Below, piece by piece: positions 57,269-64,000 of a stretch of DNA of 64,000 bases. The stretch is taken from assembly GCA_963845755.1 (NCBI GenBank), contig CAWJTV010000026.1, forward strand, positions 1-64,000, written 5' to 3'. Position numbers and translations under genes: made by a program. This stretch comes from an uncultured Planctomycetota bacterium. Its GTDB lineage: Bacteria > Planctomycetota > Planctomycetia > Isosphaerales > Isosphaeraceae. Below the pieces are notes generated by a model. That model worked only from the letters and a program-made list of their open reading frames with translations. It did not search any database and was not told the DNA's origin. How positions within the stretch are numbered: position 1 is the stretch's first letter; each line of letters starts with the position of its first letter.

Positions 57269-59890
57269 TCACCGGCCGATGATCACGACGCCTTCATCCC
57301 CTTGCACGGTGATGCGTTGCTCGCTGTGGATGCGCTCCGTAGCCACCCCGGTGCCCAGCACTGCCGGGATCTGATACTCCCGTGCGACGATCGAGCTGTG
57401 GCTGAGCGGGCCGCCGACGTCGGTGACGACGCCGGCCGCGATCGCGAACAACGGCGTCCAGGCGGGCGTCGTGATCTTGGCGACGAGGATCTCGCCCCGA
57501 CGCATCCGGTCGAACTCCTGAGGACCCGGGATGACCCGTGCCACGCCGGAGACGCGGCCGGGACTGGCACCGATCCCGCGAATGGTGTCGCCGGTCGGCT
57601 GATCGGTCTGCGCGGGCATCCATCGGCTGAAATCGATCCCGAAGAACCGCGCGCCTCCCTTGATCGGGAACACCACCGGCGGCGTGACCGTCCGCTCGCG
57701 CTCCCACGTCGCGCGCCGCTCCACCACGAGCTGGCGATGATCGGAAGGCGTTCGATTCGCGTCGAGTGCGCGGGCCGCCGTCTCGACCTCGTCCTGCTTC
57801 AACCAGAACACATCCTCGCAACTGGCGAGACCGCCCGCCGCGACCAACCGCCGGCCGATCTCGTGGAGCATCCGGCGCAGGATCGGCCAGCCGAGCCCCA
57901 CATCGGCCAGCGCGTCTTCACGAAGAGGCGCGTATCGTTGTGCCCATCGGAGCAGTCCTCTGAACCATCGCAACCGCAGTCCTCTTAGGCGCGCCACCAG
58001 GGTTTGCGTGGCCTGCTCGCGCGCCGACGCGGTTGCCGACTGTCGCTCGTGAGGGCTCCGCATCTCACCGCGAAGAAAAAACTTCAAAGTCTCCAGCAAG
58101 GGCGCGGGCTCATCGGCCGGGAGGCCCTTGGCGAAATCCAGGTCATACACGGCGTGGCCGAATCGATCGAGATGCTCTGATAACCGATGGCAGAACTCAT
58201 GCCATGCGCCCTGATCGGCGATCGGCGATGAAGCCGATCGATAGACTGATCCGATCTCGGCGCCGGGCGTGTCGGCAAGGTACGCGGTGAGTCCCGGATG
58301 AGTGCGCGCCCACAACGCGAGGTCATACAACGACTTCTCGGCCAGGATCGGAGCGCTGTCGTAGCCGAGGAAGTACGTCAGGGCGGATGGCTCGTCCCTT
58401 CGCTTGATCAGGCGGTTATAGAAGTTGTTGAAGATCATCTCGCTACTGTACGCGGCAGGGAGGATACCGCTCTGGATCGTCAGATAGTGGTCTGCCGCCA
58501 CCTGAACGATCTCGCGCGTGCCGTCGAGGAGTTGGGACGCGGACGTTGCGCTCAGATCGCGCGCCGACCAATCGGCGACGACCGCCGCGTATCGAGGCCG
58601 TGCCTCATCGGCCCACCGCGTCTGGGCCCTCCTCATCCAATCGAGCCCGCGCGGAATCAACTTCCGCAGACCCCGCAGCATCTTCCACCCGCCGAACGGA
58701 CTGAAATCGTAATAGGCGTAATCGTTAATCGTCAGGAGGAACTCCTCGGGAAACACGCGCTCGAGTCCGATGGCCTGCGCCAGGCCACGGTAAGCCACGT
58801 TCCACCTCGGCACGGCCAGGGTTGCGAACAGCGGCGAGAGCGGATCCGGCAGCAGCTCGATGACGCTGCTGCCGCCGTACCGGCCCTTTGGCTGCGGCAG
58901 CGTCCAGTCGAGCGCCGGTCGCGGCTCGGGCAGCGCCGTGATCGGCCTCGCCTGGAGGATGAAGATCTGCCCATCGTTCAAGGCCCATTCGATGTCCATC
59001 GGCCGGCCGTATAGTTGCTCGATCCGGACGCCCAGTCGCGCCAGCTCCGCGGCTTGCCGGGGTTGGAGCGCAGCCTCCTGGCGCTTCTCGGCCGGCACGG
59101 GTTCTTCGCGCGTGCCTTCGGCCAGCCGCACCGTCATCACGTCCTTGTCGGCCAGGTCTTGCGATTTCGGCGCGCCCGTCTGCTTGTCGATCACGATCGT
59201 ATCCGGCGTGACGTGGCCGCCGACGATCGCCTCGCCCAGCCCCCACGCTGCGTTGATCATGACTTCGTCGCGCGCCCCGGTCATCGGATTCGCCGTGAAG
59301 AGGATGCCCGCCGCGTCGGCGGGCACGAGTTGCTGGACGACGACCGCGATCGCCACGTCCTCCGGGCGGATGCCCTGACGCGCACGGTAGCCGAGGGCCC
59401 GCGCCGTCCACAACGACGCCCAGCAGCGCTTCACGGCCTCGAGAACTCGTTCGCCGCCGCGCACGTTGAGATACGTGTCCTGCTGGCCCGCGAACGACAG
59501 ATCGGGCAGATCCTCGGCCGTCGCCGACGACCGCACCGCGACGGCGGGATCATCGGTGCCCAGATCGCCATACGCCCGGCGAATCGAGGCCGCGATGTCG
59601 TCGGGGATTGTTCCCTGGACGATCCGCGATCGGATTTGCTTCGAGAGTTCGTCGAGCATGGTGGGGTCATCGGCCGTCGCCCGCGACGCGATGGATACGA
59701 TCGCGTCGGCGAGGTGATTCTCGCTCACAAAGCGTCGATACGCCTGCGTCGTGATGTGGAACCCAGGCGGCACGGGTAGGCCCGCCATCGCCAGTCGCGC
59801 CAGCGACGCACCCTTGCCGCCGACCCGTTCGAGCGTAACGTCGGGGCTGTCCAATCCGAGGATCCCTGCCTCATCGCCTGGCACATTCAT
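57269..59890 (-). CDS. PEP-synthase-like phosphotransferase with rifampin phosphotransferase domain order
   Basis: GGAGG RBS; VGGKGASL, VAVRSSATAEDLPDLSFAGQQDT, DIEWA, LQARPIT; large central domain; C-terminal TDVGGPLSHSSIVAREYQIPAV His swivel domain. Confidence 0.88.
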   Translation of the reverse strand: MNVPGDEAGILGLDSPDVTLERVGGKGASLARLAMAGLPVPPGFHITTQAYRRFVSENHLADAIVSIASRATADDPTMLDELSKQIRSRIVQGTIPDDIAASIRRAYGDLGTDDPAVAVRSSATAEDLPDLSFAGQQDTYLNVRGGERVLEAVKRCWASLWTARALGYRARQGIRPEDVAIAVVVQQLVPADAAGILFTANPMTGARDEVMINAAWGLGEAIVGGHVTPDTIVIDKQTGAPKSQDLADKDVMTVRLAEGTREEPVPAEKRQEAALQPRQAAELARLGVRIEQLYGRPMDIEWALNDGQIFILQARPITALPEPRPALDWTLPQPKGRYGGSSVIELLPDPLSPLFATLAVPRWNVAYRGLAQAIGLERVFPEEFLLTINDYAYYDFSPFGGWKMLRGLRKLIPRGLDWMRRAQTRWADEARPRYAAVVADWSARDLSATSASQLLDGTREIVQVAADHYLTIQSGILPAAYSSEMIFNNFYNRLIKRRDEPSALTYFLGYDSAPILAEKSLYDLALWARTHPGLTAYLADTPGAEIGSVYRSASSPIADQGAWHEFCHRLSEHLDRFGHAVYDLDFAKGLPADEPAPLLETLKFFLRGEMRSPHERQSATASAREQATQTLVARLRGLRLRWFRGLLRWAQRYAPLREDALADVGLGWPILRRMLHEIGRRLVAAGGLASCEDVFWLKQDEVETAARALDANRTPSDHRQLVVERRATWERERTVTPPVVFPIKGGARFFGIDFSRWMPAQTDQPTGDTIRGIGASPGRVSGVARVIPGPQEFDRMRRGEILVAKITTPAWTPLFAIAAGVVTDVGGPLSHSSIVAREYQIPAVLGTGVATERIHSEQRITVQGDEGVVIIGR

Positions 59891-59928
59891 CGTGCGACCT
59901 CCAGCCGATCTTCGGTGTGAATCGAGCG

Positions 59929-59994
59929 GAGTAGCGTGCTCTGTGAGCACCGATCCTTCACCGGCCCTGCGCGGTGTTCACCGAGCACCCTGCT
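59929..59994. repeat. Degenerate GTAG REP doublet
   Basis: GTAGCGTGCTCTGTGAGCACCGA ... CGGTGTTCACCGAGCACCCTGC; same family as 29553-29622. Confidence 0.7.
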
Positions 59995-60008
59995 TGGCCG
60001 GCTCGGGC

Positions 60009-61871
60009 TCACGAAGCCCGCTTCGTCACGGTTTCCAGGATGGACTGCTCACGGGCCTGGAACAGGTTCCCGAGCAGTTCCAGCGACAACCAGTAAATCA
60101 GGACGACCACCGCGCATTCGACCAGGGACAGGACCAGGCAGATCGGGGCGGCCGCCGGCCAACCCAGGTGCCTCAGGCCCGCCTCGATTCCCAGCGGCAG
60201 CAGCGTCGGTCCCTGGGTCAACGGCAGGAGAAAGAGCGTCATCACGAGCTGCAGTAGGACGGTCGTCGTCTTCGGATTCGAGGGCTTCAGCGAACCCGCG
60301 GCGATTGGGAACGGGGCGTAGATCGAGAGCAGGTTCGTGAAGAGGCAGAAGAGCAGGAACATCGAAACATACTGCGGGACCATGGCCACGAAATGATCGA
60401 TCCGCATGGGACAGAGCACCTGCACGGCCACCAGCACGATCGCGGCCATTCCCAGGGCCACCGGGGCGAATGACAGATTCTTGCCGAGCAGGATGTCCCG
60501 CCGGGACGCGGAAGACAGCACGAACACGCGAAAGCCGTCGCGGTCGAACCCGAATTGATTGCCCATGAGCTGCATCATGCCCATGAGAACGACGCCCATC
60601 CCGCCGATGCCGACGAGCGGCCTCATCAACTCCGGCATATCGTGACGCCCTCGAAACACCGCGGAGCCGAAGATGGGGATCATGATCAGGGGTGACAACA
60701 GCATCATCTTCGCCTCGGGCGACCGGATGAGCGACCGCAAGCCCCCCAGCGCGATGGCCGAAACCGGCTCCGACACGCCAGGAAGGCGGGCCTCCAGCAG
60801 CAGGCCGCCCGGTTTCCGGGCGGTCGCCGGCGACGCGACCGCGGCCACCGGCGCCGGCCGGTCCTTCCGGTTCGAGGTCTGCCCCACATAGAGTCCGACC
60901 GTCGTGCGATACGCCCGCCAGAGACTGACGGTCCCGATCAGCGTCATGCCCAGCAGACCCAGGATCGACGGCAAGACGTGGCCCTCCGCCGCCGCCTCGA
61001 CGCCCATCGGCAGCCATCCGAAGGGGATGATCCGATTTGCGAGCCGCGCGGTGCGCTCCCAGCGCACGGTAGTGACGCGGTCGAACTCCTGCCTCTCGGT
61101 CTCGAACTTTTGCAGGATTTCCTGCGATCGACGCGAGACCTCCGCAGGATTTAACTTCTGCGATTGAGCCGTGCGTTTCAGCGTCTCCATCTCCTGCACC
61201 AGGTCCTTCGACCGATCTAAACGCTGTTGGGCTGCCCTCTGCATCCCCCCCATCGCGAAGTAATTCATCAGGTTCGGCAACTGGACGATGAGGATGAACG
61301 CCGCCGTCGTGACCACGATCACGGTCCGTCGGCGGCGGGGGTTGCTCATCAGCGCGGCCAGCCAGCCCTGGAGCTGATAGGTCAGGGCCGTGACCATCAG
61401 CAGGAGAGCCAGCAATGCCGGCAGGACGGGCAGCAGCGACCATCCCTTGACGTAGATCAGGGCCAGCGCATACGCGAGCATCACCGGCGCGAACAGGATC
61501 AGGCTCAGGCGGAACAGCGAGCTGAGATAGTTGATCAAGAACGCTCCGTTGACCGAGACGGGCAGGTGCAGGAACTTCGACAGGGACAGCGGCTCGGACC
61601 GCTGCAACTCGGTGATCAGGCCGATGCCCCAGAAGAACAGGAAGGCGACGATCATCCCGTCCCACGCATACATCAGGTGCACCGGCGCGGCCTTGGGGAT
61701 CAGATACAGGCCGAGCATCAACGAGCCGACGAATAACGGGATGACCGTGAGCAGCAAGATGAACGTGATGATCGTCAGCAGCACGGCGTTGAAGGCGCCG
61801 GCGCGGCGCCACTGGTTGATCGTCATCCGCCAGCGCAGCCAGACGAAGGCCCGCAAGTGTTGCCAGTTCAC
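60009..61871 (-). CDS. ABC exporter permease
   Basis: GTG start overlapping the upstream TGA; many TM helices; KFLHLPVS; NQFGFDRDGF; RRDILLGKN. Confidence 0.85.
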   Translation of the reverse strand: MNWQHLRAFVWLRWRMTINQWRRAGAFNAVLLTIITFILLLTVIPLFVGSLMLGLYLIPKAAPVHLMYAWDGMIVAFLFFWGIGLITELQRSEPLSLSKFLHLPVSVNGAFLINYLSSLFRLSLILFAPVMLAYALALIYVKGWSLLPVLPALLALLLMVTALTYQLQGWLAALMSNPRRRRTVIVVTTAAFILIVQLPNLMNYFAMGGMQRAAQQRLDRSKDLVQEMETLKRTAQSQKLNPAEVSRRSQEILQKFETERQEFDRVTTVRWERTARLANRIIPFGWLPMGVEAAAEGHVLPSILGLLGMTLIGTVSLWRAYRTTVGLYVGQTSNRKDRPAPVAAVASPATARKPGGLLLEARLPGVSEPVSAIALGGLRSLIRSPEAKMMLLSPLIMIPIFGSAVFRGRHDMPELMRPLVGIGGMGVVLMGMMQLMGNQFGFDRDGFRVFVLSSASRRDILLGKNLSFAPVALGMAAIVLVAVQVLCPMRIDHFVAMVPQYVSMFLLFCLFTNLLSIYAPFPIAAGSLKPSNPKTTTVLLQLVMTLFLLPLTQGPTLLPLGIEAGLRHLGWPAAAPICLVLSLVECAVVVLIYWLSLELLGNLFQAREQSILETVTKRAS

Positions 61872-62645
61872 GAGGCCGCCTCCTCGAGCCAGTTCAGCTT
61901 GGGCGCGGCCTCGAGGTCCGCGCCCGCCTTTTCCAGGAAACAATCTTCCAGCGAACCCCGCTGGCGAATCGATTCCAACGAGGCCTGTTCGACCAACTGC
62001 CCTTTGACGATGATGCCCACGTGCGTGCAGAGCCGCTCGACGATTTCCAGGATGTGCGACGTCAGGAAGACCGTCGACCCGCGCGCGACGAACCCCGCGA
62101 GGATCTCGCGGATCACCCGCGAGGTCACCGCGTCAACCCCCTCGAATGGCTCGTCCAGGAACAAGAGATCGGGATTGGGCAAGAGGGTCGCGGCCATCGC
62201 CAGCTTCTTCTTCATGCCATGCGAGTATTCCAGCGTGAGCTTCTTCTCCTCGTCCTGGAGGTCTAGGAGCGCGAGCAGCTCGTCGGAGCGGCTGCGGATG
62301 GTGTCCCGCGGCATGAGGTGGATGCGGCCGACGAACGTGAGATACTCGCGGGCCGTCAGGTTGTCGAACAGGGCCAGGTCTTCCGGAATGACCCCCATGC
62401 GGCGCTTGGCCTCCAGCGCCTCCTTGGGATCGCGCATGTTCGCGCCCCAGCACGATCATATGCCCGGTCGACGGGGCCAGGAGTCCCGTCAGCATCTTGA
62501 TGGTGGTCGACTTCCCCGCGCCGTTAGGACCCAGGAACCCGTAGAAGGTGCCGCGCTCGACGGCCAGCTCGATGGACTTCACGGCGCAAAAGTCGTTGAA
62601 GAACCGCGTCAACTTGTGCGTTTCAATCGCCAGCGTCATGGACAT
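61868..62645 (-). CDS. ABC transporter ATP-binding protein (frameshift near 62440)
   Basis: GPNGAGKST; YSHGMKKK; LFLDEPFEGVD; FLTSH. Confidence 0.92.
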
Positions 62646-63492
62646 CACTCTCTGAAGATGGTTCGTCGATGAACCACATGACGATAACACACTCCGGTGA
62701 GCCAGGCTACGACCGCATCGAGGCTGAGGACCATCCTCGCGCATCTCGGAGGTGCTTGCAAGCAGGCTCCCCGAACTTGAGCGGCGGAATTGCTTCGAGT
62801 AGAATCAAGGAATCATGAGAGCGGCCCAGGAGTTCCGTGAGTCGAAGCGGCTTCGGGGCGAGGCTGAGGAGATGAGAGATGAAGATCGGACCGTTCGAAC
62901 TCGAGTATCGCGCAGTTCATCGCGCTGAGCCAATTGTCGGAAGCCGAGCAAGCCACGATCAAAGAGCGGGTGGCAGCCCTCGCGGATCTCACGCCGAGTG
63001 AGTGACCAGCGCACATCGCCAGGCGGCCGGACGTGGTTGACCCGATGTACGTGCTACCCATCGATTCAAGCCTGAGAGTTCTGATTTCGGCATCCGCGGG
63101 CCATGTCTCGGTGGTAGAGGACATCGTCCGACGCGAGGCCTTGCTGCAGTTTGCCAATTCCATGTGAGCGGAGAAGTCGATTCATGTCCGACTTCGCCAA
63201 TCATGCGTTCGACTCTCGCGCGGCCCATGCTGAGGTTACGGAATTTCAGGCACTGCTTCTCGGCAATCCCGTCTTGAAGTAGGGCGATTTCTGCGAATTC
63301 TTCCGGGCTCGGCCTCATGCCTCAGCCCTCATCGGACATCGCATGTCCGGCGAACCCTCTCCAGCCCGAGCGGTGTCGGCATTGGCACGGGGCTTCCGAT
63401 TGCGGTAGGCTGATCGGGCGAGAGATATTCAGTGACTGTCCGAGGACCTAGAGCGATTAACAGATGGATTGCCCACAGTAACCGTCGCGGTT

Positions 63493-63689
63493 CGGCGGCC
63501 TGAAAGGCCGCAGGAGCCCAGCCCCGGGTGAAACCCGGGGTCCGCGGGGCACCCCTCAATCGCCGGCGGCCTGAAGGGCCGCAGGAGACCCCCTCCGGGC
63601 ACCCTTTCGGGGTGCATGACGAGGGCGGGTGCGACCGAGTTCCCGGGGTTTCACCCCGGGCTGGGTTCCTGCGGCCCGTAGGGCCGCCG
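63493..63689. repeat. About 200-bp palindromic MITE/REPIN-like element
   Basis: CGGCGGCCTGAAAGGCCGCAGGAGCCCAGCCCCGGGTGAAACCCGGG ... CCCGGGGTTTCACCCCGGGCTGGGTTCCTGCGGCCCGTAGGGCCGCCG, with internal hairpins. Confidence 0.8.
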
Positions 63690-64000
63690 GAGAGCGTCCC
63701 CAGCACCGGCCGCGTGCGCAACCCAATCGATCGGCGCTCGAGAGCGCCTAGCACTCGCATTGGGCAAGCGGTCGATTCGGATGGGGATCCCCTCATCCGC
63801 CCTTCGGGCCCTTCTCCCCGGCGGGGAGAGGGTTGGAGTGAGGGGGCGACCTGGGCGTAAGCCAGCCGTGAAGCGCTCTAGGAGGGTGAGTGGAACCCAC
63901 CGACAAAGCTGCCCTATACCGGTGGGTTTCACCTACCCTACAAAGGCCGGACTCCGTCCTCGGACCGTTTCCAATATGAGTGAGGCCCGATTATCGCGTC

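Noticed and set aside
3124..62645. Numerous frameshifts read as pseudogenes or programmed frameshifting
   Set aside because: They are spread over many otherwise intact genes and include compensating +1/-1 pairs (e.g. 50375-50452), which is typical of long-read indel error.
62805..63318. Overlapping short minus-strand ORFs
   Set aside because: No recognisable motif; possibly a decayed gene but not supportable.
63382..63398. Sigma54-like TGGCACG motif (also 19328-19343)
   Set aside because: The first has CC instead of GC at -12 and no downstream gene; the second has 11-nt rather than 10-nt spacing.

Overview
High-GC bacterial DNA, very probably a planctomycete of the Isosphaeraceae type. This is inferred from four secreted proteins with the 'LE.R.LL' N-terminal motif, a TPR Ser/Thr kinase, HEAT and WD40 proteins, three CRTAC1/ASPIC-UnbV (FG-GAP) proteins and many heptamer and REP-like repeats. 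Many genes carry single-base indels, including compensating pairs, which look like long-read errors, so split ORFs are merged below. The most striking signal is in the third FG-GAP/ASPIC-UnbV gene (49018-51525). It is interrupted by an in-frame UGA (50863-50865, context D-P-D-G-U-N-C-V-W) followed at SECIS-like spacing by a perfect 7-bp hairpin with a GU-containing loop. It is a candidate selenoprotein with a UxC motif, encoded directly upstream of a di-heme cytochrome c. Other notable items are two AT-richer toxin-tip/partner cassettes (a minimal kinase plus putative immunity gene, and a putative nuclease tip plus a cyclic-phosphate-processing receiver domain). There are also two Rpn-like genes with internal RBS/ATG starts and a complete DUF6788+DDE insertion sequence with a 9-bp target duplication and an inverted relic of its own catalytic motif. 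Nested REP/MITE/heptamer repeats, a Kdo hydroxylase and an ABC exporter plus rifampin-phosphotransferase-like operon are also present. No rRNA, tRNA or CRISPR array was seen. All family names come from motif recognition by eye, not from database searches.
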